Assembly: GCF_006345805.1 (NCBI RefSeq)
Contig: NC_043004.1
Span: forward strand, 94,054,001-94,118,000
From: Octopus sinensis
Lineage: Eukaryota
DNA length: 64,000 nucleotides
Direction of reading: 5' to 3'
Below the pieces are notes generated by a model. That model saw only the letters and a list, made by a program, of their open reading frames with translations. It did not search any database and was not told where the DNA came from. Both the position numbers and the translations under genes were made by a program. Below, piece by piece: positions 1 through 13,593 of the stretch; within the stretch, counting starts at the first letter, position 1, and every line of letters starts with the position of its first letter.

Positions 1-720
1 CAATCTGCAGTCTGCGGGACTTTAGGAATGGCACACCAAGCAGAAAAACAGGTTGCCAATGCCTCATCTCGAACGTGGCAAACATCATTGCACAGTTACA
101 TAATTCAACGAAAATGATTGTACCAATGAAAGAAGGATCAGGTAATTGTTATTTGAAATTATAGAACTCACGCATTGCAATGAAAATTTGTTCTTTAATT
201 TTAGAAATAGAAACATCACAAGTTGATATTTGAACGGCCTTGTGAGAAAATGAAAATGGAGTTCAACGTCCGTCGGATCACGTTATCAAAACACTGAATT
301 CTTATCGACAGCAATATTCGAAAATTCAAGACAGGGATTATCTCTTATATTAGGCATTTATAAATTTAGTCAATTTCCGTTAATCAGACTTGAAGGACAA
401 CCCTTATGTATATAGCAGTGCAACAGCGTATCTTTTTTTTTCTATTTTATTCTTATCTATTCATTTATTTATTTATTTTCACTGGCTGTTGTATTCCATG
501 TATGGACATGTGGTGAATACTTACTTCTGAAGGAATTTTATTCGAATCCTTTATATTATCAGTGAAGGTAATGAGGTAAAAATGGTCATGTTTCTGTGTT
601 GCTATAACAGCTGGATCATTTTTAACCGACAAAGATAAGGCGGAAAAGATTACGGAGGTTTTTATGATTCATGAAATCATCGAATGTTTTTCTTGTGATT
701 GTATTCTTGTAGGCGTACCT

Positions 721-1007
721 GGTGCTTTGTCGGTTACGACGACGAGGGTTCTAGTTGATCCGATCAACGGACGGCTTACTCTTTTACTCTTTTACTTGTT
801 TCAGTCATTTGACTGCGGCCATGCTGGAGCACCGCCTTTAATCGAGCAACTCGACCCCGGGACTTATTCTTTTGTAAGCCCAGTACTTATTCTATCGGTA
901 ACTTTTACCGAACCGCTAAGTAACGGGGACATAAACACACCAGCATCGGTTGTCAAGCAATGCTAGGGGGACAAACAAACACAGACACACAAACACACAC
1001 ACGCATA

Positions 1008-1074
<67 letters not shown>

Positions 1075-1378
1075 TACAACGGGCTTCTTTCAGTTTCCGT
1101 CTACCAAATCGACTCAAGGCTTTGGTCGGCCCGAGGCTAGAGTAGAAGACACTTTCCCAAGGTGCCACGCAGTGGGACTGAACCCGGAACCATGTGGTTG
1201 GAAAACAAGCTACTCACCACACAGCCACTCCGGCTTGTTTGTGAAATTAACGAGGAAGTGGCTGAGCACTCCACAAACATGCGTACTCTTAACGTGGTAC
1301 TCAGAGAGCTTCAACGTGACGCAGAACATAAGGTCGGCCCTTTGAAATACAGGTACTGCTCATTTTTGCCAGCTGAGA
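721..1378 (-). mobile_element. SINE family D (3' part) interrupted by SINE A
   Basis: Pieces 721-777 and 1231-1378 are colinear with 40655-40962 and with the tail of 37832-38216. Confidence 0.75.
778..1230 (-). mobile_element. SINE family A, full length, nested in a family D SINE
   Basis: tRNA-like head (A box tggctgtgtgg, B box ggttcagtccc), internal (TA)n(TG)n and a (TAAAAGAG)n tail; 6-bp TSD cggctt (772-777, 1231-1236). Confidence 0.9.
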
Positions 1379-1528
1379 GAAACAGCTCACCGTTTTCACA
1401 CACACACATATATAATACATGCATATGTATGTATGTATGTATGTATGTGTGTATGTATGTATGCATGTATGTATGTATGTATGTATGTATGTATGTATGT
1501 ATGTATGTATGTATGTATGTATGTGTGT

Positions 1529-1771
1529 CTTTAATTTGTTTCAGTCATTTGACTGTAGCCATACTGGTACACCGCCTTAAGTCGAACAACTCGACCCTAG
1601 GACTTATTCTTTGTAAGCCTAGCATTTATTCTATCGGTCTCTTTTGCCGAACCGATAGATTACGGGGACGTAAACACAGCAACATCGGTTGTCAAGCGAT
1701 GATGGAGGCGGGGGGGGGGGCAAACACTGACACACAAACATCATATATATATATATATCTATCGATATATA

Positions 1772-1804
<33 letters not shown>

Positions 1805-1967
1805 ACACATATATATAAATGGGCTTCTTTCAGTTCTGTCTACCAAATCCACTTACAAGGCTTTGATCGGCCCGTAGAGCCGATAGTAGAAAATATTTGC
1901 CCAAGGTGTCACGCAGTGGGACTGGACTCTGAACCATGTGGTTGGTAAGCAAGCTACTTACCACACA
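1529..1967 (-). mobile_element. SINE family A copy
   Basis: Same head, core, internal microsatellite and tail as 778-1230. Confidence 0.9.
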
Positions 1968-2204
1968 CCTATGTATATATCTGCAGAGCTTACGTCTTCG
2001 AAGTTGCAGCTACAATGTTCAAAACCATGATAGAAGACACTCATCTGTCAGTTTGTAATGTAACGACAATGTGTAAATCTTCTCTGCATTCAACCCCGAT
2101 CGAATCCACCTATAACGAAAGACATTCCAGCCATGATCATCACGTTTTTAGTGATTTGTATTAAAGCATTATCTCTGTCTATTCCTTAATTCAAGCCTGT
2201 AGAG

Positions 2205-2933
2205 CAATGTTTTTCAACCGGGGTTCCGATGGCCCTGAGAATCTATGTACGATTTTCGGGGTTTTTGAGCAACAAAATAGTAAATTGGGCATCTGCAATG
2301 ATATTTTAAGGGTCCCTGAAAAAAATTATTTTAGATGTATGTATTGCAAGAAACATCCTGGTTTCTTTCTCTAGCATCTTACATAATTCAACCTACACAC
2401 GTTAATGAATGAAAAACACAATTGGAATTTTAAAAGAAGTTACTATTAAATTAGTAGTGGCTGTGTGGTAAGTAGCTTGCTAACCAACCACATGGTTCCG
2501 GGTTCAGTCCCACTGCGTGGCATCTTGGGTAAGTGTCTTCTGCTATAGCCCCGGGCCGACCAATGCCTTGTGAATGGATTTGGTAGACGGAAACTGAAAG
2601 AAGCCTGTCCTATATATGTATATATATATATATGTGTTTGTGTGTGTCCCCCCTACATCACTTTACAAACGATGCTGGTGTGTTTACGTCCCCGTTACTT
2701 ATCGGTTCGGCAAAAGAGACCGATAGAATAAGTACTGGGCTTACAAAGAATAAGTCCCGGGGTCGATTTGCTCGACTAAAGGCGGTGCTCCAGCATGGCC
2801 GCAGTCAAATGACTGAAACAAGTAAAAGAGTAAAAGAGTAAAGAGTAAACATCGAATGGCTAAGGGGTCCACCAGAATAAAATTGTAACCAAGTGGAGTA
2901 CATAGATAATAAAAAAATGGTTGAGAACCCCTG
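2205..2933. mobile_element. hAT-type MITE containing a nested SINE A
   Basis: TIRs caatgtttttcaacc / ggttgagaacccctg and a perfect 8-bp TSD ctgtagag (2197-2204, 2934-2941). Confidence 0.85.
2456..2849 (+). mobile_element. SINE family A copy nested in hAT MITE
   Basis: Full head-to-tail match. Confidence 0.9.
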
Positions 2934-3220
2934 CTGTAGAGTATAAATTAAGGTGGATTTGACTGCTATTTTTAACAGGCCCCGTGACCCGCATAGAGGT
3001 TCCTCGTTGAACATAGGATAAATTATCTTGGATGCTTCAGTGAATTGCTAGACAAATGGCGACTGGCTGTGTTAATAAACTAAAAACAAAATAACTGACA
3101 TTCTTTTTATACGATATGCTCAGTGAAGCATAGTTACAATAATACCGACTTTTGTATGGGTCGCGGTATATATGGCGACGTCCTGGATTTATTTCTGTCG
3201 ACAGATAGACAGAGACAGAC

Positions 3221-3279
<59 letters not shown>

Positions 3280-3554
3280 GGCAGATGTTGTGTCAATCAT
3301 GCTATTCTGAGCGTCTTAACATATCAGTTACATCTTTGACAGCGGTAAGCACACTACTTATCTACAGTAGTGAATTTGATAGTTGTCTTTGTGTTGCCGG
3401 ATTAACAGCCAAAACAACAGTAATACGAAGAGTTACCATTAAAAAAATTTTTTTTTAAACCCCAAAAAACAATGGAAATATTTATTTATTGTTTCTCACT
3501 CTCCTTTTAGCCTTGCGTTGATTCTTCTAATCCCTTCTATTATAAGCACATTCG

Positions 3555-4460
3555 GCTTTGCCTTTCATCCTTTTGGGGTTGATCAATCAAGTACCAGTTG
3601 CGTACAGGGGATCGATCTAATCGACTGGTCCCCTTCCCAAAATTTAAGGCCTTGTGCCTAGAGCAGAAAAGCTTATAGGCACAAGCCCTGATATTTTAAG
3701 GGAGTGAGGCCTAGTCGATTACATTGACCCCAGAGTTCAACTGGTATTAATTTATCGAGCTCGAAGGGATGAAAAGAAAAGTCAATTCAGTGCAATTTGA
3801 ACTCAGAATGTACAGACGGATGAAATGCCACAAAGCATGTGTCCGGCGTGTTAACGATTCTGCCAGCTTACCGCCTTAATAGTAATAATAATAAACCTTT
3901 CTATTAAGGGCCACAAGGCTTGAAATTTCGGGGGAGGGAACGAGTCAATTACATTGACTCCAGTGTTTCACTGGTACTTAATTTATCGACCGCGAAAGAA
4001 TGAAAGAGAAAGTCATTTACGGTGTAATTTGAACTCAGAGTGTAAAGACGGACGAAAGGCCGCCAAGTATGTTGTCCGGCGTGCTAACGATTCTTGTTTC
4101 TTTATTACCCACAAGGGGATAAACATAGAGGGGACAAACAAGGACAGACAAAGGTATTAAGTCGCTTACATCGACCCCAATGCGTAACTGGTACTTAATT
4201 CATCGACCCCGAAAGGATGAAAGGCAAAGTCGACCATGGCAGAATTTGAACTCAGAACGTACGATTCTATGAACTTGCCACCTTTTTGATTTTTATAATG
4301 ACTAAGCAATAATAGCGGCTGATTGGCAAAATCGTTAGAGCGTGGAATAAGGTTCTTGCGATATTTAGTTACAGCTCCTCACTTTCTGAGTTCAAAGGCT
4401 GCCGAGATCAAATTTGTATTCATTTCTAGTATTAATAATCCTTTCATTGTCAATAACATT
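3555..4460. mobile_element. Cluster of about 5 SINE family B copies and fragments in both orientations
   Basis: Repeated atcgaccccgaaaggatgaaaggcaaagtcgac...gaatttgaactcagaacgt core. Confidence 0.8.
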
Positions 4461-6106
4461 AATTAGGAGAGAAGTTCTCAGTATCAACCTCATATTCCTG
4501 TAAAGTATTACAAATATGAATGAAGGTGAAAGAGGAAACTAACACTAAAGGCGCAAACATAGCCGTGCGCTTAAGGAATTCGATTCGCGACCTCAGGGTT
4601 CCAGATACGGAACGTTATTTTAGGCAAGGGTCGTAGCCTCTATTGCAAGCATTCAGGTCAGGTCCCCAATGTGATGAAACCTTCTAACTTACCTCCTTCC
4701 CAACTGATAGATATGTGTGTGTATATATACATACATACATATATGTGTGTGTGTGTGTGTGTGTGTGTAAAGCTATAAATAATAGCGTAAGAATATTGGG
4801 TTAAAAACCCTTTGGATAGAAACGGTCGAAAGTAGACCGTGAGATTCGAACCCATATTTTCTCTAAACCGTCGTTCTACCATTGGACCAATCGAAACCGT
4901 CGAACCGCCTTATCCGGTTTAGAAACTTTGTTCTTATCAGCGGAAAATGAATGTTTTGTACGTCATACAAATGTAGATACTTCGAGAGGACATGGAATAA
5001 TTCGTTCTATTTTAAAGGTTGAACTCGAAATAAATAAAGGTATAAATAAGTGCTAACGGTTCCACCAGCTTTCTGTTGTTTGTGTTGCTGTAGTTATTTA
5101 GTCTCATGTCAAATCTAATTGAACAGGTCTATTGGCAAGGGCCGGCATATCTAGTTAAACTGATTCACAAAATATGTATTTTTTTAAAAGGAAGTAAAAA
5201 CGATGTGAAAATCAGCTATAACAATGTAGCTTTCCAGTCTTATTGCTATGAAGGCATGACGTTGTGGAGAAAAAAAAATTGGAGGAAAAAGTTACAGAGG
5301 TTTAAAAATCGAAAAAAACTGTATTTTTAGCCAATGGCGAGGCAGAAATTTTCTGCGTTTAGCGGAGCGGTGTCAACTTTAAGGTTGTACCTTGTGAAAT
5401 TTATAGTTTAGTGTCTGTGAAATGACGCGTTCATTGTAGGTTTCTAAATAAACAGAAATACCTACTTTCATTGTAGGTTTCTAAATAAGCAGAACTACCT
5501 AATAAAAGCAACATGTATCATCTTACTGTTTCTTTTGTCTCTTCATTGACTGCATGTTTTTATTATTTCTTTTAATTTGTTATATTAATTTGTCTGCATG
5601 CGTTTGCTTTATGCGCATTTTATTATCATGTATACCTGCGCGCGTGTGTGTGAAAAGGGGGCCCCTGTCTACAAAAGTCTAAAGTTGAGTAACGTTTTCA
5701 TTCTTGGATTTCTAAACTACGATAAGAATAAAACTAGTCAACAAAGAATTTGTGCACAAGAAAAAGAATACCTGTATCATATATGTTTTTGCATGCAAAA
5801 TTCAAAAAATAATATCAAATTATCTGTATCACCCACAGTTTCTCTGTTCCACAATATCCCTCTCAGTTCCTGTTACGTGGGCTAAATTTCAGTTAAGCTG
5901 TTGAAGCTAATAGTTTAAGAAATACTCCTAATTTAAATGTTTATGAATAGAATTAACCTAGTAAAATCATAAATCCAACTATCTGAGTCAATGAGTCCCT
6001 GAAGCTTGGCAATACTGAATCGATGAGCCACCATTTTGTCAGTACTGTGCTTGAAGTGTATGTGGGCGGTTGTGTACTAAGTTCCCATATTCCATTCACC
6101 TTCATA

Positions 6107-6180
6107 ATGCCAGGAAACTGTATAAACATAGTAAACAACTTTTGTTACATTTGCAGTGACTTAACATCCAAAACACAAAA
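6107..6180 (+). pseudogene. N-terminal relic of a DNA-transposon-associated protein (superfamily not determined)
   Basis: MPGNCINIVNNFCYICSDLTSKTQ resembles the MPxxCxNxxxxFCYICG start that I recall from widespread invertebrate transposon ORFs. Similarity stops after about 24 codons. Confidence 0.4.
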
Positions 6181-7518
6181 CACGCGGGTGAAAAATCAAC
6201 AGAGAACAACGTATGGCACAGACACAGGTGAAGTGAAACACAAAACAGCGTGCGGTTGTCATGGTAACAAGCTGCTAATACCACGCTGTCTGTTGATTGG
6301 CTAAAATTACCCAAATTTCTCAACTTTAATTATTCCAAATAACATCAGATTCTTTAATTTGCGAGATAAAGTAATTGGTCGATCGTAATCAAAATTCAGA
6401 GTTGCATTGATACACCAAAATTGAAAGCAATATGAGCAAAATTAAAGGGGCCGGCTACCCGAATTATGCTGTCTTCCTTATCTGTCAGTGGGCTTCTAGT
6501 TTTGTTAGATATCGTGGTTTAACTTGATAGAATTTGACTGCTATTTCTACCATCTCATGTCGCAATGTAGAGGGTCCCTCTGGTCCGTAAGGGAAATAGT
6601 TGCGTGTATGCATGTGTGTGTATGTGTATGATATGTGCGTCGGGTGTAAAAGCGAAATACAGTCACCGAAAAAGCATTCGAGCATCTACAATATTTCACC
6701 CACCCTGTCTCTGTGAAAAGCCATTTCATTCCACTTCAGTTTCGATGTGGAACTACTAAACTGTGAAATCAATCACCCATGTCAAATTTGTCACACTTCC
6801 CCTTTTTTTTTTATTTGTGCGGGAGCAACCGAAGACCTTTCCTTCTCCCTATCTCCGCCTATTTCTCAATTACCTACTCCACATCAAGAGTTACTTGAAG
6901 TGATGTGGGTTAATAAAGATGGCGTCAAGCTAGTATGACACAGTCTGTTAAAGTTTACACTAGTGTGTGATATATATAATTGTTTGCATGCCCTTGCTTA
7001 TATAGATAAGCTTACGTTATCGTTGTAATAACCGTTGTTGACTTTAAGCGTATGTATCGACATGTGACACATGTAATTTTGTTGTTTTCGATACCTACAT
7101 AAACACACACACACAAACATTGTGTGTGTGTGCGTGTGTGTGTGCGTGTGTGTGTGCGCGCACAAATATAACTCATAGACACACATATACACACTTATAT
7201 GTGTATTCATACGTATATATGTATGTATATACGTAATATAAATAATATATAAATATATGCATATATATATACATACATATATGTACATACCTACATCTAT
7301 ATGTATATATACATGCATATATGGATACAGGACATCAAAACAAAAAAAACCTTGGACACAATGAGAAACGAAAACATAAAAACAAAAACATGGAAACGAA
7401 CTCTTTTTTCAAACATACAACACAAGGAGTTTCTCATTGTGTTCAACGTTTTTTTTATGTCCTGTACTCATATATGCATGTATATATACATATAGATGTA
7501 GGTATGTACGAGTGGCTA

Positions 7519-7912
7519 TAGGCGCAGGAGTGGCTGTGTGGTAAGTAGTTTACTAACCAACCACATGGTTCCAGGTTCAGTCCCACTGCGTGGCAACTTG
7601 GGCAAGTGTCTTCTGCTATAGCCCCGGGCCGACCAATGCCTTGTGAGTGGATTTGGTAGACGGAAACTGAAAGAAGCCTGTCGTATATATGTATATATGT
7701 ATATATATATATGTGTGTCTGTGTTTGTCCCCTTAGCATTGCTTGACAACCGATGCTGGTGTGCTTACGTCCCCGTCACTTAGCGGTTCGGCAAAAGAGA
7801 CCGATAGAATAAGTACTGGGCTTACAAAGAATAAGTCCTGGAGTCGAGTTGCTCGACTAAAGGTGGTGCTCCAGCATGGCCGCAGTCAAATGACTGAAAC
7901 AAGTAAAAGAGA
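7519..7912 (+). mobile_element. SINE family A copy
   Basis: Full head-to-tail match. Confidence 0.9.
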
Positions 7913-8068
7913 GTATATGTATGTATATATGCATATATTTATATATTATTTATATTATTATATGATCGAACGCCATGCATCCTTTTCCAAGTATGTATAT
8001 ACATACTTATACATGCATGTGCGTGTGTGTTTGTATACGTACTTGCATATGGATATATATCTTTTGTC

Positions 8069-8263
8069 TTTTTACTGTTTTCATTCACCAGACTGGAGCC
8101 ATGCTGGAGCACTGCTTTGAGTAATTTTTTGGAAGTCTGTTACTTGTTCTATCAGTGTCTTTTGCTGAAACGCTAAATTATGGGGACGTAAATACACCAA
8201 CACCGTTTGTCAGGCGGTGTGTGTATGTGAGGGGGACAAACACATATGCAAGACACACGCACG

Positions 8264-8314
<51 letters not shown>

Positions 8315-8464
8315 CGACGAGCTTCATTCAGTTTCCGTCTACCAAATCCACTCACAAACCATTGGTCGGTCCGAAGCTATAGTAGAAGACAGTCGCCCAA
8401 GGTACCACGAAGTTGGATTGAACCCGGAACCATGTGGTTGAAAAGTTTCTTACCATACAGCCAC
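8069..8464 (-). mobile_element. SINE family A, diverged copy
   Basis: Colinear match with many substitutions. Confidence 0.8.
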
Positions 8465-9421
8465 GGGATGAAAGCGTTCAGCAGTGATGTGTATAAATAC
8501 AAACCTGTTGCCAGTTCAAATATGCATCAGGGATATTCGAACTCGTAAGAAAGCCATTCACTGTGTTTGCTATGGAGAAAATTTTGTGCTGTAGGCAGAT
8601 TAAATACACCGAGTCACTTCGCAGAATTCCGTAAACAGACAGTTGAATGCATGCATTTCGGAGAGGTTATTTTCTCTTCAGCCCCAGATGTCGGAAAAGT
8701 AAACCTTGCGAACTGACAAGAGAGACAGATCTCTCTTATACACCCCGCTTTGTACATGACTGGTTGCGCTGGTATACTTGAGGCATATTCGAACTCGTAT
8801 GAAAGCCATTCACTGTGATCCAATTACTGAAACAAGTAAAAGATAAAAAATCAAAAGATATATTTAGTCTAGTGATGACCTGCGACAATACTGGCAGAAA
8901 CCTAAATATCTAAAGTATACATAGACACACGCACATCATGGACAAAGACATACATACCTTCACAGATATTTAGTTTCACGTTTCTTTTTTTATATAATTG
9001 AAAGGTAAAAACTACCGACACCTAATATCGAATGCCCGCCACATCTACTGTTTCATGTTTCACTGAATAAGAATGCAGAAAATGTCTTCTGACTCAAGGA
9101 CTCTTGACCCACAGGATTTGGTTGTAAGCTAATAGCTACATCATTACTCTTTACTTTCTCCTTGCTACTTTAAATAATGTCAAGGATATACATTTATGGC
9201 TTTGTTTTGTCCTCGACTCTGTTCGCTTCTCTGATAACTGTCATGTTGTTTGAAACGCCTTTGATCGAATTACATTTGTTATTGACTTTCATACATTCCT
9301 GCTTTCTTCTGCCGACATTTTTATTTTTAATTTAACTCATCACTCTTGTTTCTTTGTAATCTTCTTTTGTTGAGTCTTTTTCTTTTCCTTCTAATACTAC
9401 TCGTACAGCTACATTTTCACT

Positions 9422-9440
9422 ACACACACACACACACACA

Positions 9441-9525
<85 letters not shown>

Positions 9526-9717
9526 ATGTATATAATACTCACATATGTATGTCTATGGACACATATATATGCATAAATATACACATATAATGTACATAAA
9601 TTTCTATGCATACATACATACATAATGCATACATGCATACATACGTACATACATACATACATACATACATACATACATACATACATACATACATACATAC
9701 ATACATACATACATACA
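9422..9717. repeat. (CA)n and (TACA)n microsatellites
   Basis: Direct reading. Confidence 0.95.
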
Positions 9718-10653
9718 TGGTGGTGCTGTTAAATTAGACATGGTCTGGACCAATCTCTGGTCGAAACATGTCTAAGTTATCCAGGTTTTATATATATATA
9801 TATGTCACATACCAGGTTCTCATAGATTTAATTAAGGCATTTGGCACAGTAAACAGGGAGGCGCTGTGGATTGTTTTGTGTAAACATGGTTACCAAACAC
9901 ATTAAGGAACTACGGAGAAATATGAAAAAAAAGATGCTTCTCTAGCCTATACTGTTCTCTCCCACTATCGTTTTCTCTCTCATCCTTTCTCTAATTCCTT
10001 TTTCTTTCCTCTTCACCGTTTTCAATCTGTCTCTCTCTCTCTCTCCCCTTTCTCCTTTACTCTCTCTCGTTGCTCACACGTGACCATTGTCCATCTTTCT
10101 TTTCCTCACGTAATCATCTTTCTTTTCTTTCAGGGCTGTCCTAGAGACTGGACGTATCCTATCTATCTCTCTCTTCTATCTTTTCCCCTGTCAAAGAAAA
10201 TATTTCTCCCAGCGTTCACTATTTCCCTCTCGCTCTGGTCTAACGACCCTCCGTGTTTGATTTCGTTCGGTTTTCTTGTATGTCTCCACTGTCCTGTTTT
10301 TGTTCCCATCTTTGACATTCCATAAATCCCAAATTTTATTTTGGCATTTGTGGGAGCAACTGCCTTCGAAGACTCATATTGTCGTTCAATGAAATTAGAA
10401 GTAGATTGGCAACCGACAACTGATGAAGGGCCGTTCTTTATGTTACTTGTCCTGTTTTCCATTTGTTTCTCTCGTTGTTTGCGTATTCAACTCATTTGTT
10501 TTCGTATTTCATAAATATATCTCTTAAAATGAGGTGTGAATGTTATTTTCATTGTTGTGTAATTTAGATGACAATTTATTCATCGCACCCTGTGTGTGTG
10601 TGTGTGTGTGTTTGTGTGTATGTGTGCGTGCGTGCATGCACACACATATATAC

Positions 10654-10697
<44 letters not shown>

Positions 10698-11075
10698 TGA
10701 TAGACATATATATTGATAGATACACATATGTGTGTGTATATTTATATGTATGCATATATATGTAGCTAGGCAGATATACAGGTATGTATACGCATACACA
10801 CACATAGACACATAAACATACGTTTATAATGTATTGTCTTGCAGACGCATTAGTGACTACGTATGTCTGTGTGCGTTTGTGTATACTGGTTATAGATGAT
10901 GTGACGAGTTTGTCTCTTTATTTCACATGGTAACCTAGCCATTCAGTAAATAGAGAGTGATAAAATAGCTATCAATTGAAACAAGTACTGAAGTTCCTTA
11001 CGATCGATTAGAACTATTGAAGGCGTTTCCATGGCCGAAGCCGCAACCTGATACGAGTGAAATCATGGAAGGCAT

Positions 11076-11076
11076 G

Positions 11077-11128
<52 letters not shown>

Positions 11129-11232
11129 AAGAAAGAGAGAGAGGGAGGGAGGGAGAGAGATGTAAATAGATTAAGAAAGAAAGATAAGAAGGAAAAAAGA
11201 AAGAAACAAATAGGTAAATAAATAGATAGATA

Positions 11233-11272
<40 letters not shown>

Positions 11273-11377
11273 CAGAAAGAGAGAGAGAGAAAGAAAAAGG
11301 AAAGAAATAAAAGAAAGGAAAGAAAGAAAGAAAGAAAGAAGAAAGAGAGAAAGAAAAAAGAAAGAAAGAAAGAAAGA
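11076..11377. repeat. (GA)n/(GAAA)n purine tract
   Basis: Direct reading. Confidence 0.95.
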
Positions 11378-12058
11378 AGTGTGCTAAGGATACTTTGCCG
11401 GATAGATGGACACGCAGATGGAGGTATGTGTTCATACATGAGCTGTATCTAACAAACACACTAATAACATAGTAAGCGTGTTTTATCTGAACGAATCAGA
11501 TAAATATCATACACCATGCAATGACAGACACACATTACTTATTGCTGTAATGACACCTCAGGTTTAATGTCGTCTGCAAAACTGGAAACGATCCACCATT
11601 TTGTTTGAATTGCTAATCTGCTCATTCACGTGTGCCAGGAAACAGAGAACATGATGTCTTTTATAGTTTAACTCTTTAGAATATGAACATAAATTTGTAT
11701 ACTCTACCTGACAGGTCTACTTGAAATAATAAAATCTCCAAGAAGACCACAGGAAAATCAGAATGTCGCCGAACTGGTTTCATTGCGAAAATCAAATTAT
11801 GTAATCACCATAAGCATACACAAACACAAATGAACGTACACATACGCACACATACTATTTGCAACAAATGTACATACGTGTAAACATACATGTACACATA
11901 TGTTTACAGACTCACCTCCAGTTACAAAGGCATATATTTATTTACGCTATATTTAACCCCAATTTTATTGCTCTCATGCAAGAATTCACGTATTTGGACG
12001 CTTGCATAAGATCATACATACAACACACCTTTCACCAGGGAGTGATGAACGCACCTCG

Positions 12059-12123
<65 letters not shown>

Positions 12124-13459
12124 ATATCTATCTATCTTATTACATATATAATTATCTCTCTATACATACACACATATGCAGTCAACCACACACAAATACA
12201 GTATATGTATATATATGCAAGTGTATGTATGTGTATGTATGTATGTATGTATGTTTATAAAGTCAGTGAGAAAGAAAATGAGAGAAACAGACGACAATGC
12301 AACAGCGATTGAGAACAAAAGTCGGTTTTTACTAGTTTGTTCTTTATTTATATAAACATACATCTTTAATAAGCTAAATTTGATCCCGTGATAGATAATA
12401 TATTGGTTTTAGCATTTGATGAATCTTCCCAATGTTTCTCATGAGTTATCGTATTGTTCTATTGTTTTTATTTGTTCTTCAGTTTTCAGATATCATCCTT
12501 GCTGGGCGTCATGGCTGCCAGTCTTCGCCTCTTTCTCTATTTATTCATTCGCCTATCTCGTTATACCAGACGGAGTCAGTATAAATGCATGAATATATTA
12601 AAAGCATGTATCAGCCATATTTCATAAAATGCAATTCTTTCTAGCAAACGAGTGAGAACTCTACGTGGTCATTCCTTTAGCAAGAAATAGTAGCTAAATT
12701 TCCTTCACATTACACTCTACTATCAGCCACTGCTCAATAACAACCTCAATTTTCTTTCTCATTAATCTTAGCATCTTCATAAAATATTTCGAAATTTTAT
12801 CGAAAACATTGGCTATTACATTTTTGATTTGTAGCCAGAGTTGTGTTGTGTTTAACAAATTTGTTTCACAACTACGTAGTTTTGTGTTCAATCCCACTGC
12901 AAGGCACCTTGAGCAAGTGTCTTTTAACATACCCTCAGCTCAAGCAAAAGCTTGGAACGTCTTGTAAACGGAAACTGTGTGAACGTCAGTCGGAGAGATC
13001 ATTCCCATTTTTGAATGGTAAACTCAGTAAAAATGTCACCAAGTTTAACATCGACACCTAACCCTTCGGTTAGCATTCGAACCAGGTCTCCAGTCAGAAT
13101 AGCTTCCTTCTTTTCTTCCACGTCCCTTCTTTTTTTCCTCTTTTCTTTCTTCCTTTCTTTCCTTCCTTTGATCCTTCCTTCGATCCTTCCTTCGATATTT
13201 CCTTCATTCGTTCGTTCGTTCGTTTCTTCGTTCCTTCCTTCTTTAGTTTAACCAGTCTTGGAGTTCTGTTTTGACTGGAATGGGCAAAAGGTAATTGCTT
13301 CTGTTGACGTTTGGCTTCAGATTGGTTTTCAGGTTGAACAAATTTATACGAAACAGCTACACATTGTATGTTGTTACTGTTTTGTTTTCTTTCTGGAACA
13401 TAGTGAATCTATAAGCACGATATACAAAATGTTCCCCCACAAAACAACAACAACAACAA

Positions 13460-13593
13460 TAATGATGATGATGATGATGATCATCATCATGATGATGATG
13501 ATCATGATGATGATCATGATGATGATCATGATGATGATCATGATGATGATGATCATGATGATCCTGATGATGATGATGATGATGATGATGATC
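13460..13593. repeat. (ATG)n with periodic ATC variants
   Basis: Direct reading. Confidence 0.95.

Noticed and set aside
664-1818. Recurrent short ORFs such as [14 protein letters not shown] / CHAVGLNPEPCG, here and at many other sites
   Set aside because: The apparent protein family is only the SINE A consensus translated in different frames.
4833-4897. tRNA-like stretch on the minus strand with A- and B-box-like motifs
   Set aside because: No acceptor or anticodon stem pairing and the box spacing is too short; at most a SINE-head or tRNA relic.
5200-5430. Possible promoter (CCAAT, TGACG and CpG-containing motifs)
   Set aside because: Short motifs expected by chance, with no TSS evidence.
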